Assembly: GCF_006345805.1 (NCBI RefSeq)
Contig: NC_043005.1
Coordinates: 68,820,001-68,884,000, forward strand
Length of the DNA stretch: 64,000 bases
Direction of reading: 5' to 3'
DNA from: Octopus sinensis
Taxonomy: Eukaryota
In this document: in pieces, positions 1-12,485 of the stretch
Layout of the letters: every line of letters begins with the position of its first letter
Numbering within the stretch: position 1 is the stretch's first letter
The notes under the pieces: generated by a model
Seen by the model: only the letters and a program-made list of their open reading frames with translations
Database searches by the model: none
Told to the model about the DNA's origin: nothing
Translations under genes and position numbers: made by a program

Positions 1-1077
1 CGCACACTCACTTACATAGCACTCATGCACTCCCGCATCTACACATGCACTTGTACACGCGCACACATGCATACACACCCATACATGCATATTCACGGAC
101 ACCCTCCTAAACATCTATATAAACGTATATGTCTACAAACTATACCCAAATAAAAAAATAAAGCTGCCATGATCACCATACCAAATATAATACAAGGGGA
201 TTGGAAACATTCACAATATAGGGAACTACCATACAAAAACACCCCTAAACACCTAGTGGCTCCCATTCATCCAAATCAACCCGTAACAAGTTATACCCAT
301 ATAAGCCATAAATTAATATTATATTATAATAAATTAATAAATTAATGTAAATAAACAAATCTAAATACGTACATACACAAACAAACCTATATAGCAATAC
401 CCCACCCTATAAACTATTTCCCACACCCTCACATCCCAAACTAAAACTAATATTCAAACAAACCAATTCCGCAAAAAATATAGTACAACCACATCACGTA
501 TACACAATATAATAAAATACCAAATTCACATCTGCACATATACATATATACACATATACACATACACATACACATACACAAATACGTATATACACACACA
601 CACAACTACATACAAATACATATACATACACAAATACACATATATACTCACATACTTATATACATACACATATGTACACACACCTACAACACACACTTAT
701 ACATACATTATACATACTAAACATACATACAATACTCGATATATACACCACTATATACACGCCCATTTCCATAAAATAATATATATACACATATATACAT
801 ATAATATATATATATATAATAAAATAAAAAATATATAAAATAAAATAATTCTAATATAAATAAAATTGTAACTTACCAGACTCAATATTCCATAAACAGT
901 TTTATATTAATATACATTAATAATAAATTAATTAATACAAAGAAATACCATTTATAGCCTAACTATAATTAAAACCTAAACTACATAACTAAAGAATTAT
1001 AATGGTACTCTAAACACATAAAATTTATATACTATAATAACCTTTAATAGGGAGCTATTAATGCTATTAAATAATTA

Positions 1078-1455
1078 TTATTTATCATGAAACTTATTAT
1101 ATAGGTAAAGTAACCTATGTCTGCATTTTATTTTGCGCTCTTCACCTGTATTAAATAAATTATCATACTTATAAAATAAAATTTCCTTAAACTCATTAGA
1201 GCATAAATAACAAAAATTCGCTCCTATAGTATATGATTTGGTTTTACAAATTATTTCCCAAGTTAAATTATAATTAATATTTTGTGATTTAAGTCTCCAA
1301 ATGTACTTGCAAAGTCCAGTGGAGTTGATTAAGTTTTTATTTTTAAAAGAATTCAGATGTTGTGCGATTCTTAATTTTATTTTAGAGGAAGTAGACCCTA
1401 TATAAATCGCTTTTGGGTAATTATTATTTTTAAAGTTATTATCATGTAATGTAAC
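1078..1455 (-). mobile_element. Penelope-like element, 5'-truncated GIY-YIG endonuclease C-terminus
   Basis: ORF reads IYIGSTSSKIKLRIAQHLNSF...STGLCKYIWRLK...WEII...CYLCSNE...CRH. This fits the PLE pattern YIGxT..RxxxH..SF / LSKYIW / CxLC / CRH. Residues upstream of ~1455 are microsatellite. Confidence 0.85.
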
Positions 1456-2404
1456 TATATATATGTGTGTGTGTGTATATATGTCGATATATATACAAAT
1501 ATATACATATATGTCGATATATATACAAATATATACATATATGTATACACACACAAACACACATATATCATCTTCTTAGGTTAGTGTTCTGTAAGGCGCC
1601 GATTGTCTGATCTTAGAAGATAAGACTCATGGTGCCCCCCCCCCCTCCACCAGGCTGACGCTCTGGGCTTCCACGCTGGGCGTTGTTTGTGTATATGTAT
1701 GTACATATTTAAATACATATATGTATGTATGTATGAATTTATATATATATATATATACACTATTAGTATAATATTTATGTATACACATATATACAGATAT
1801 ATCATATGTATGTATGTATGCATTATTACTGAATTAAATACAGTTATACAATATTGATTTTCTGCTCATTTTTCTTTTGGAAGTATTGTGGTTCCAGTGT
1901 ATTTTTCTGCCAGTTTCATTGAAATGAAGTTTTACATTTCTTAGTTCTTCATTTGAGAAAAAATAACAGCTTCTAGTTTACTGCATATATATATATATAT
2001 AAAACATTACGACTTTGCAAGCGTGGGTGTTTATTGTTTTTTATTGTATGCAAGTTTGTGGAGGTGGTTGTAGCTGTTGTCTTTTCTTGCTTGACAATCT
2101 TGGTGATGTTTGTAGTGGCGTGATGCATGGATGTAGAGTTATTGTTGCTTTTACATGTCTTTGTATTTGTGTTGATTCTGAAGTTTTTGTTGTCGTTGCT
2201 GCTATATTCTTATCTTCCTGCTTAACTGTAGCAGGTAAGAGTAGAAAACAATTTTCATAATATTTCTTCCGAAGAAAACCTTTGCTCCCTTGATTTGAAA
2301 AACCATAAATCTTAAAAACACACCATCAAGAACATGAAGAATAACAGCAGCAAGAATAACAACTACAACAATACAACATCAACAACAACAATAATATATA
2401 TAAT

Positions 2405-2622
2405 AATAATCCTTTCTACTATAGATAGAAGATCTGAAATCTTTGGTGAAGGGACTAGTTGAATACATCGACTCCAGTATTTCACTGGTACTAAATTTAT
2501 CGACCCCAAAATGATGACAAGCAATCTCGATGTTTACGGAAGTTGAACACAGAACGTGGAAACAGATGAAATGCCACTAAGCATTTCGCCCTGCATGCTA
2601 AGTATTCTCCCAACTAGCCGCG
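2405..2622 (-). mobile_element. tRNA-derived SINE, family A (Meta-like core), diverged
   Basis: Reverse complement aligns with the copies at 19864 and 39128 (GGCGAGCTGG...TTAGCA...GTCGATAAATT.AGTACCAG). Confidence 0.75.
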
Positions 2623-2624
2623 TT

Positions 2625-2700
2625 ACTATTACTACTACTACAACAGCAATAACAACAACAACTACTACTACAACTACTACTACTACCACTACTACTACAA

Positions 2701-2741
<41 letters not shown>

Positions 2742-2840
2742 TAATAATGATAATACTAATAATAATCATGATAATTATAATAATCATCATAATGATTATT
2801 ATTATTATCCTTATTGTTATTATTGTTATTATTATTATTA

Positions 2841-2906
<66 letters not shown>

Positions 2907-2935
2907 CATTATTATTATTATTACTATTATTTATC
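2625..2935. repeat. Compound trinucleotide microsatellite (CTA/CAA)n-(AAT)n-(TTA)n
   Basis: Read directly. It is the source of the poly-Ile and poly-Leu ORFs. Confidence 0.95.
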
Positions 2936-3290
2936 CATCCAAATTTATGGAACAACGATATTTCCCTACAGAACAAAAAGGATGTCGACGAGGCTCATCT
3001 AGATGCAAAGGCCAAGTCTTACTCAATCGCATGATCCTTGTGAACTGCCATAACAAACGCAGAAATGTCAGTTCCGCATAGATTTATTATAAAAAGGCAG
3101 TATGCTACATTCATAGATCTTGAAATTGTTGGATGTCTTCAAAATGTTTCCTGTGATTTCAAACTTCCTGAAACACAATATGTCAGTGTGGAGTACGAAT
3201 ATCCAATTATAACAATTTACTGGAGTACTGACCACAAAAAATATTAATATCAACTACGGTATTATTGTTATCACTATTATTATTATTATT

Positions 3291-3592
3291 ATTGAGTGAG
3301 AGAGAGCAGTGCATGCCATCAAAGTGACACTGATATACGAAGCCCAATATACCCATCATGACTACCCGTCTGATAAAGGTACACCAGGCACATGCATCAC
3401 AACCATATGTGCGCGACATGGTGATCTCATATCAAGATAAACAGCACATGACCTTGCAGGTGGGGCCCAGTTAGAATTTTCTTCAGGTTGAGTAGCCCAT
3501 CTCGCTCAAAAGGTCCTTGAATAAGGATTGTTTAAGGATGTTGAAAGAACCACCCATGTTTCCAGAGGTGAATTATTCAAACCCCAAAGAAT
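3291..3592 (-). mobile_element. 5'-truncated copy of a (TAA)n-tailed non-coding retroposon
   Basis: Near-identical to 3612-3918 and flanked on both sides by (TTA)n. Confidence 0.75.
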
Positions 3593-3611
3593 TATTATTA
3601 TTATTATTATT

Positions 3612-4170
3612 ATTGAGTGAGAGAGCAGTTCATGCCATCAAAGTGACACTGGGGTAAAATATACGAAGCCCAATATACCCATCATGACTACCCGTCTGAT
3701 AAAGGCACACCGGGCACATGCATCACAACCATATGTGCGCGACATGGTGATCTCATATCAAGATAAACAGCACATGACCTTGCAGGTGGGGCCCAGTTAG
3801 AATTTTCTTCCGGTTGAGTAGCCCATCCCGCTCACACGGTCCCTGAATAAGGTTTGTTTAAGGATGTTGAAAGAACCACCCATGTTTCCAGAGGTGAACT
3901 ATTCAAACCCCAAAGAATCCCTCTCAACACATGGCCATGATGCTCCCCCACTACTTCTGCTCGTGATCAGAGATGCACATATCGTCAGCCACTAAGGGAC
4001 ATGCTCAACTGGTTAAGGTCAAACAACTGACAAGCAAATCTGTGGTATTGAGCAGAATATTTGCTGTAGCCCATCTTTTATACCAAGACAAAACAATGTA
4101 CATGATAACACTTCCAATCAGTTAAGATCAGAAGCCATGAGAGCCACTGCCTGGTACTGCATCAGGGCAC
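3612..4170 (-). mobile_element. ~560-bp (TAA)n-tailed non-coding retroposon
   Basis: GC-richer block between (TTA)n tracts. The minus strand ends ...CTCTCACTCAATAATAAT. Related copies at 3291 and 41697. Confidence 0.7.
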
Positions 4171-4173
4171 TTA

Positions 4174-4244
<71 letters not shown>

Positions 4245-4245
<1 letters not shown>

Positions 4246-4735
4246 AATGGCAACGAAGCACAAGGCGTCCAAATAATGAAAGAAATTGGAACTGGAGCTC
4301 ACATTATCAGCCTGCAGAAAAGCACAATACCATATTATGTAAGAACACTAAGAAATATTCTTGAGATTTCAGGAGACTTGTCACTAATAACAAGTTAAAT
4401 AAATCCTAACTAAATTAGCATATACTCGCGTAATAATAATAGAGGCAACAAATCTCAGGGCTAAATGCAGTGGGTAAAGGCGTGTTAAAATATTTTGACG
4501 TGGACGACAAATAGTGAGAAAAGAAGGTGAGAATATAAAATCCTCTTAAGTACGAAATTGCCCAACTATGGAAAATGCAGAATATGAAGATAGTGCCAAC
4601 TAAGGTCGGGTTTTTGAGGACAGTATCGGACGGGATCAAGAGGACTACAAACGAAATCGGAATAGAGTTATTTAGCGAGCATTTAAACCAACTAAAATAT
4701 AGCTATATGGAATATATAAGAGCCTTGAGGAATCA
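4245..4735 (+). mobile_element. Two decayed C-terminal fragments of an R4/Dong-like (RLE) non-LTR element
   Basis: Translations MKEIGTGAHIISLQKSTIPYYVRTLRNILE and LKYEIAQLWKMQNMKIVPTKVGFLRTVSDGIKR resemble the RLE end (LW...VPIVVGALGTV...LQK..L...RILR). A short TAA tail lies near 4430. Confidence 0.65.
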
Positions 4736-5275
4736 TGTACAGCTCTTTATGATCCAAACTACTCTTCTAAAAGAGGAACATTTGTTTTAATTTCTCTGTA
4801 ATTCATTCTTAATGACCTCCAACGTTTTCCAGCCAATCTCCTTGCCCGACCTCCTTTCCAGCTCCGTGAAATTATTACGCCAACTAAATGTGATGCCTTG
4901 AAAGTTCCCTCCGTCGTCAGATGCTGGTATTAATAATAAATCAATTCCATTTGTAATTGCTTCAACTGCAACTCTTACGTTTCTCCGACAAATCGTTCGC
5001 CAAAACCAATAGTAACAGCATAAATTGTCTTCACACCACGAGATAAATATGTTTTTACTATCTCTCATTTTGTAAGCTACTCTTTTTACTTCTGTTTTTA
5101 CCACCTTCTGTGCAGAAACCTTACTACCACGATGCACCACCCATAACTCACAATATTCTCATCGTATAGAATTAGAATAGTATAATCCAATCCCAAAATT
5201 ATATAACTCATATGATATAGTATACCTACCTGAAAATGGATATATAACACATCACATACGAAATATAATCTAAAT

Positions 5276-5426
5276 AAATAAATAACAGTACTCGTACAAT
5301 ACAGAATTTTCACTACTAAGAGAGAAATAAATAACAGTACTCCTACAATACAAAATTTTCACTACTAAGAGAGAAATAAATAACAGTACTCCTACAATAC
5401 AAAATTTTCACTACTAAGAGAGAAAT
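5276..5426. repeat. Minisatellite, 3 x 49 bp
   Basis: Unit AAATAAATAACAGTACTCCTACAATACAAAATTTTCACTACTAAGAGAG starts at 5276, 5325 and 5374. Confidence 0.95.
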
Positions 5427-7065
5427 GACTAAAATGGCAAGATGATGAATATAACAAACTCTACAGCAACTCAAATCTTATGCAGCATCCACACAAACAC
5501 AATTTTATACGTGAACAGAAAACAATGTGTCACGTATTGAGGGAAAACAGATATGCACCTAGTGATGTTGTATGAAGTGGAAAGGGATTTTGAATATTTG
5601 ATGACATTAAAAATTATTTCTAATATAGGCACATGTCCATAAATTTGTTGGGAGGAACTTAGCCTATTAATCTGTTACAGTATTTGACCAGCGCTTGATT
5701 TTATCGACACCAAAGGAACATCAGAGCTGCTGATGAGTTGTTTTCAACTATCTTTCAAGTTGGGACGTAAGACGTCGTTGCTAAATGCCATTGGGAATTT
5801 TGTTCGATGCTGTAACGACTATAAACTATATCAATACTATGAAGGATATATAGGAATTACTACATGTTATTTCCCTATAGTATACTTATCATCGTTCCTT
5901 ATTATGTAACAGCCTAAACAGTTTCGCTCGGTGAAATTTCAAATACGGACTGTATTCCGTCGTCTCTATTTTCTTCGAAGCTGCGTCACTGCATCATATT
6001 AACTATTGAAATATAAGTTGACCACACAAGTAAAACATAACATTCATCATTGTAACAGCGAATCATTTCAACCGGGATAACGGAATATTGCCAGTAATAA
6101 AAAAATAAATGAAACAAAATAAAATATGACTAATAAATGGGAACAACAACGGTGTTATATATTTTCCATGAATTAGAATTGATGGCAGGTTGATAATTAA
6201 GTTATAAATTATAATCGAGAGATATATAAGAGAGACTGTGGTACTGGACATTGACAAATTGAAGCAGCGGTCAAATTATACGGGATAGCTGACGCTTGCA
6301 ACATTTTTATGTATGAACCTCTGGAATTTTCTATTGCATTGACAAGAACGATTCTTTTATTTCTGTAATTGCTATTAAATATGTTACTTAGTTGGATTTT
6401 CTTGGTAAGTGTCTTGAATGCAAATCGTGTGTTGAAACCGAATTATATGGTGCAAGTGTTATGATAACATTTTGAAACACATACGTCTGGTTATATTTAC
6501 ATATTTTATTTCCGTGACATTATGCAATACTATTGCAAAATATATTTAAAAAAAAGGAAATACAAATGTGCGTTAAACGGTGTAGATTATTCACCCTCCA
6601 CACAAACTGTTGTGTACATTATTATTTGGAAAATGAATCCTTTAGAGAGTGAAAGATCAATATTTGTACAACTGACTATCTCGAAGAGACTAACTTTACG
6701 GATTGTTGCAGAAGGTGAAATTGAGATAACCATATTATCAGTTCATTACAGTTTGACTAATGTCAGGTTAGGCTTCGACAACGTTATCTCATAAATTATG
6801 AGCATCTCAATAAATCTTTATGTAGCATATTCTTTTATTCTTTCACTTGTCTCTGCCATTCACTCTGGTTATAGTTGGCGAACGCCTTCAGAAGTGTAGT
6901 CAATGAATTCATACAAATTATTTCAGTTCGTATTTATAGTATGTGTTCCTTTTCACAAATCTTTGGGCCATGATTTCATAGGCAATCCAATACTATTTGT
7001 TTTAACTTGAGAGGCAATATATAAATCACTCAAACGTACACATACGTGGAGATGTATACATGCAA

Positions 7066-7132
<67 letters not shown>

Positions 7133-7139
7133 CACCTCT

Positions 7140-8170
7140 AAGGATCGGTTAAAATGTTTATAGGTTGCCCAATAGAATATTTACCAAATAAGATTTATAC
7201 TTCAACATAGTCCCGCTTGCGGTCCACACACTTCATCCACCTCTGTTTTAACGCTTGCATCCCATTGGTGAAGAAGCTTTCACGCCGTTGGTCAAGAAAA
7301 GTCATCAATAGCAGATATGACATCCTCATCACTGCTTGACTGGTTCCCTGCAAATTGTTTTAGTTTTTTCATCGTAACGAAGAGATGATAGGCAGATTGA
7401 AACAATTCAGAAGAGTAGGGAGGTTGATTAACCATTTCAGAGCCACAATCACGCACAACAGCTATTGAAAGCAAAGACGTCTGTGCTGGAATATTTTCCT
7501 GATGAAATAAGATCATTTTTGTCAGTTTTCCTGGGCGTTTTGTCTTGATAACCATTTGTAAACGTCTCAGCAAGTTGTCAGTGTACCCTGCATTGATAGT
7601 GTGGCCGATTTGGAGATAGGCAACAAACACGATGCCATCTGCATCCTCCAAAATATCTACAGATGAAATGACCTTGACCTTTCTGGAACTGGTGACGATA
7701 GGTGTTCCCACTTCTTGGAGTGTCTTTTTGTCTGGCTTAAAGTGATGGACTTAACAATCATCCTGGTTTAGGAAACGATTACAGTCTCCCGCGAGATGGT
7801 CAGTCTGATGTTCTTCCGATCAAGCAGCCACCAAGCAGAAATCTTCGTAAGGCCAAGCTCTATGTGCAGTATTGTCTACTCTCTCAAGTCATATGCTAAT
7901 AGGATTGTGTATTTGATGGATAGACAATCGAGTATCGTCTATCTGCATGTGATGAACGCGGTTAACGTACTCCTCGGTTGGCATTTGCAGGACACCCATA
8001 CATTGGGTCATCTTCAAGACTCTCCCTTCCACTCCTAGATTAAGCTGCCCACTTTTGTACTGTTGATGAAGCTGGAGTGACATTATCTAATGTAACAACC
8101 ATGCTAGCAACAATTTCATTAGGAGTAAACCCTTTCTCTGCATGAAACCAATTCTTTTTCATTCTCAAGA
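7140..8170 (-). mobile_element. Mariner transposon relic (transposase pseudogene)
   Basis: ORF 7292-7711 reads DADGIVFVAYLQIGHTIN...IKTKRPGKLTKMILFHQENIPA...QPPYSSELFQSAYHLF, i.e. degenerate HDNAPAH and HPPYSPDLAPSDYHLF. N-terminal HTH remnant in 7889-8083. Confidence 0.9.
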
Positions 8171-9244
8171 GAAGTCATTAATATATACTTTTGAAGTCTT
8201 CTTTGAGCAGTCAGATATCAGTTTACGGGGACAGAAACAATGTAGTTAGGAATGATTGTTTACGCCCAGTTTTGTGTGCCAGATTACCTCCACCGTTCCG
8301 CAAAAGTCGGACCAGGGCTAGAGCACAGGTCACTTGCCGAAGATTCCACGTGGTAGGAGTGAAATCTTAACCACGGCATTTTGACTGCATCTATCAGAAA
8401 ATTAATAAAGCAACATGAGGAGATATTTTGTTGGAAGAGAATCCACTTCAGACCGCTCGATAGAAGAAAATCCATGAATGTGATTTATATAGCTCATCGT
8501 TTTTACTGGTTTTTAAAACAAATAAATTGTGTGAAAAACATAAAACTTCAGGGCTAAATCGTAAATATGTCGTTAGCTTCAATCAGTCTTCTAATTTTGA
8601 GGTAGACGGTGTCTTTCAGCTCGTTTTCTTTCTGTAACAGCTTTTTCAATGACAACCTAGCTAGGAATTGTTCAAGATAAGAAACGCGGAACTCTGGTAC
8701 TAAAGCAATGTATTTCTAGAAACAAAATTCTGTAAAATAAACACAAATAACTCCAGCTCAATACGATGCCACAATTTAAGAGTAACTGTTTATTGGCTTA
8801 TATAATACTAATATCCTCCAACGCATATTTCGTTGGTAATCATCAAAGCCGTTTTCCATTAAAGCAGAGACATGGAATTATATTCGGTGAATACCACATT
8901 CGAATTATTTCAATAAATTTTACTGTGAAACTTGACCGCATGCACCTCTGAATAAAGGGTAATCACGATATGCGTTTGATTAAAGAAAATTCCTTTGATT
9001 ATTATATCTGCAGAATTTTGTACAAAAGGAAGAAGTTTTGTAAAGAAAGACTCACAAACGCTACCGAAAGTTAAATCCAATTTACTCGTCTAATTGCTCA
9101 AGATCGCTTTATTGTGCTCTTTGTTAGAAATGTAAGATACGGAATCTGGTGACTGGGAGTTCATATATACACACTATAAACACGCGCACGCACACACACG
9201 TACAAACCCGGGCACAGGCCTATATATAAGTATAGCTTTTACCT

Positions 9245-9445
9245 TTTCTCTTTTAGTTTTTCAGTTATTAGGCTGCGGCCATGCTGAAGTATCATCTTGA
9301 AAAATTTAGAGTCGATTAAATTGACCCCAGCACTTTTCTTCTTAAACCTGGTACTTATTCTCTCGACATCTTTTTTGCGAAACTACTAGCTTAGGGCGAC
9401 GCAAACACACCAACACCGGTTGTCAAATGATGCTGCTGACAAAGA
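9245..9445 (-). mobile_element. SINE family B, 3' half
   Basis: Matches the 3' half of 53398-53805 (GACAACCGGTGTTGGTGTGTTT...CAGCATGGCCGCAG). Confidence 0.7.
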
Positions 9446-9471
9446 CACACACACGCGTATATATATATATT

Positions 9472-10068
9472 GAGGATTATTATTTCTAATCTCCATAAAG
9501 GAGACTAAGGCAGCAGTACTGGGTATTAATAGATATCGCCAAGCTAGCATGTCAGTCCTTATCAATAAGGAGTAGCCGAACCCAGTAGGGGGAACCTGAT
9601 GACCGCACCCTGTTCGAAGGTTGTAATGGACACAGCTCTCTGTGTACATAGCTAGCTAGAGGTGATAGTCTATTGGAGCTAATCAACGGCAGCATTCGTC
9701 CTATTTTTCTGGAGTGCTATGTTATCTTAGCAATTACTATTAATACTCAGTACTGCATCCGTAGTTTCCTTTAGGGAGATTTAGAAATAACAATATTTTC
9801 ATTTTTGAAAACCAGTGAATGTGTTCTACTGAATGTATATAAAAAAAACATTCGAGCATTCGGCTACAGCACATTGAAAATACCCCGGAAACCGTTCTGT
9901 GGCTGTTGCACCAGCAGTGGAGAGCTGATGTCCTACCCTGTTTGAAGGTGATAATGGACACAGGTTTGTTTCAGATAGCTAGATAGAAGCTATTGCCTCT
10001 TGGAGCTAATCAACGGCAGCATTGGTCCTATTTTTGTCGACTTCCATGTTAGCTTGTCAATAACTATA
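9472..10068 (+). mobile_element. Retrozyme/pLTR-like repeat: inverted partial unit plus ~1.4 tandem units (period ~328 bp)
   Basis: CTGTT(C/T)GAAGG...ATAGCTAG.TAGA...TTGGAGCTAATCAACGGCAGC recurs at 9610 and 9938. 9472-9582 is reverse-complement unit sequence. Homologous to 57166-57888. Confidence 0.75.
9866..9906 (+). ncRNA. Degenerate type I hammerhead motif, U3:A8 variant
   Basis: ACAGCACA-TTGAAAA-taccccg-GAAA-ccgt-TC-TGTGGCTGT. Stem I is intact with one bulge; stem II is eroded. Confidence 0.5.
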
Positions 10069-10250
10069 TATATAGTGTATATTTCGCTTAAAATTAACCT
10101 TCACTGAAAGTATCGCTCGCTCGCGATGTTTCGCTTAAAATGTCGTTAAACATTTATTTTCCTCAAAATGACATTGCTCAAAGTGAGTGGTACTCGAAAT
10201 CTCACTTGGTTCTTCCTTCTCGTAGATTGATGTGAATGCACAATAGAAAA

Positions 10251-10468
10251 TATTGCTTTCTGATATTGGCACAAGACCAGAAAATTCGGGGATGGGCGAA
10301 AATCGATAATATCCACCTCGATGATCAACAGGTACTTATTTTATCAACGTTGATAGAATGGAGGCAAAGTCGGTCGAAACGGAATTTGAACTCACAATGT
10401 AAAGACGGACGAAATGATGCTGAGCACTCTGCCAGGCGTCCTGATGATGATGATGCCAGTTCACCATC
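10251..10468 (-). mobile_element. SINE family A, diverged
   Basis: GGAATTTGAACTCACAATGTAAAGACGGACGAAATG is the reverse complement of the family B-box region. Confidence 0.75.
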
Positions 10469-12052
10469 ATAATCGTAGGAAATATTAATCACTCAGTTTC
10501 TCTGCTGAACTGAATTATCATATTCAATCAAGTCAATTTTTGGTTTTTAAGTACACAGAAAACAGGTTTTAACTTACCTTTCTCTATTTGTGGATGCTGG
10601 TAACACTATTTCGGTAAAAATATTCTCACACTTAAAAATGCCATTTTATACGAAACTGCAAATTCTCTACACATATTCAATCACTACTTCCTAAATTGCG
10701 GAACGTGGATATAATAGAGAGGAAGTCTTACTTTAGGCAAACGGATTTGGTTATATATGTATTGAACGGGTAGGGTATTAATAATACAACTGCAAAAGTG
10801 ATTATACCGAATTATTTAACGAACATAATATATCGAAGCATATTCTTGACATTGGATGGTAGGCCTTGAAAGATTTAGATTTCTTAAAAAAAAAATTAGG
10901 TCCTGCACTGCACGCTAACTGTACGCTTTAAAAAGAATGGTAATTTAATCAACAACTATGTTCAGCAACAACGTTATGAGCAGTCACTCACACACGCACA
11001 CACACACGCATACACACATACACACGCACACACATATACACACACTATGCGCACGCGCACACACGCATAAATATATGTCAGGTATCGATTAATCTTAATA
11101 ATTTAATCATCAGAGAACTACAATAATAACAAAACTGCTTACGAAGAAGGATTATGAGACAATATTTTGCCTTACAAAAATATCAATTTAAGAAATATAT
11201 AAAGATAAATATTTTTCGGGCAGTAATCGATCAATAATGTTGAAACTAAAAATATTTGTGCACAATCGATGCAAGCTAAAGCCAAAATAGAAGATTATAC
11301 TCCATTTAGTAACAGTGAATACAAAGTAAAAATATTCAAAAAAAGACAACAGAATTCAAGAAAATTAAACAGACACGCATCTGTTGTCTTTAGCCGAGGC
11401 AATTCATAAATCATTGTACCATAACAAAGCTATCTAGAAGAAGAGGTCAAATATGTTCTGCGATTATCTTAGATGGTTTTTGCAAAATCGGCGGATTTAT
11501 TCATTTTGAAAAATGCCTAACTGCTCCATTTTCAGAAATGAATATATCACCCTTGTGATAATTCAATATTAGAAATTCACCGCTATTTTATTAATTTTGC
11601 ATATTATGTAACAGATTTTTCTTGTACAATTCCAATTCTAATTTAAGATTATATTAGTTTAACAAATGGTTTAATGCTATGGAAATTGATAATCCTTTAT
11701 CGTATTAAAAAGTGAAATATATTCAGACAGATGGAACATCTCTATATCATTTTAATATCATTAAATGAGATTTGTTTTCTGAAAACTTTCACTGATAAAG
11801 GCTAAACTGTCCGTAAATAAATCCTATCTTCATATCTATGACTTTGAATATAAACAGACAAACACGTTCGCAAGTATGTATGTGAAAGATACGTATATAT
11901 ATAAATACGCCACAAAACATACAGAGTCCCATTAAAATATAATATACCCAAATATAAAAATACATGGTTATACATACACATACACACACGAGTACGCACA
12001 CACGAAGCGACACACACATAGAGATGTACAAGTGATTATAAATACGTATCTA

Positions 12053-12083
<31 letters not shown>

Positions 12084-12333
12084 TCGAAAAATTGCGTAGG
12101 GATGGATAAATGTTTGGTTAATTTTATTTTAATAATAATGGGTAATTTTTATTTTAATAATAATGTCTAGAAAGAGTGACTCTGATATGTATTTCAAGCT
12201 TCCAAAACGCCGGCTTCAAACTGAAAATTTTGTTTCACTGGTTACTTAATTAGTAATTTGTTTCTTACGAGTATACATACATAAAATATACACAAGGAAA
12301 AGTAAAAAATACAATATCTGTGTATAAGAAATT

Positions 12334-12485
12334 TCTTCTTCTTCTTCATTCTTCTTCTTCTTCTTCTTCTTCTTCTTCTTCTTCTTCTTCTTCTTCTTCT
12401 TCTTCTTCTTCTTCTTCTTCTTCTTCTTCTTCTTCTTCTTCTTCTTCTTCTTTTTCTCGTCGTCGTCCTCCTCCTCCTCATCCCT
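12334..12485. repeat. (CTT)n microsatellite with (CGT)/(CCT) tail
   Basis: Read directly. It is the source of the poly-Arg and poly-Ser ORFs. Confidence 0.95.

Noticed and set aside
5276-5426. Possible CRISPR-like array
   Set aside because: Contiguous tandem units without spacers, in a eukaryotic context.
5725-5755. CTGATGAG-TTG-tttt-CAAC
   Set aside because: No GAAA after the stem; it lies in a decayed SINE-like region.
10577-10655. Minus-strand candidate exon (TTTGCAG ... AAG|GTAAGT)
   Set aside because: Stop codons in all three frames and no supporting neighbouring exons. A non-coding exon cannot be excluded.
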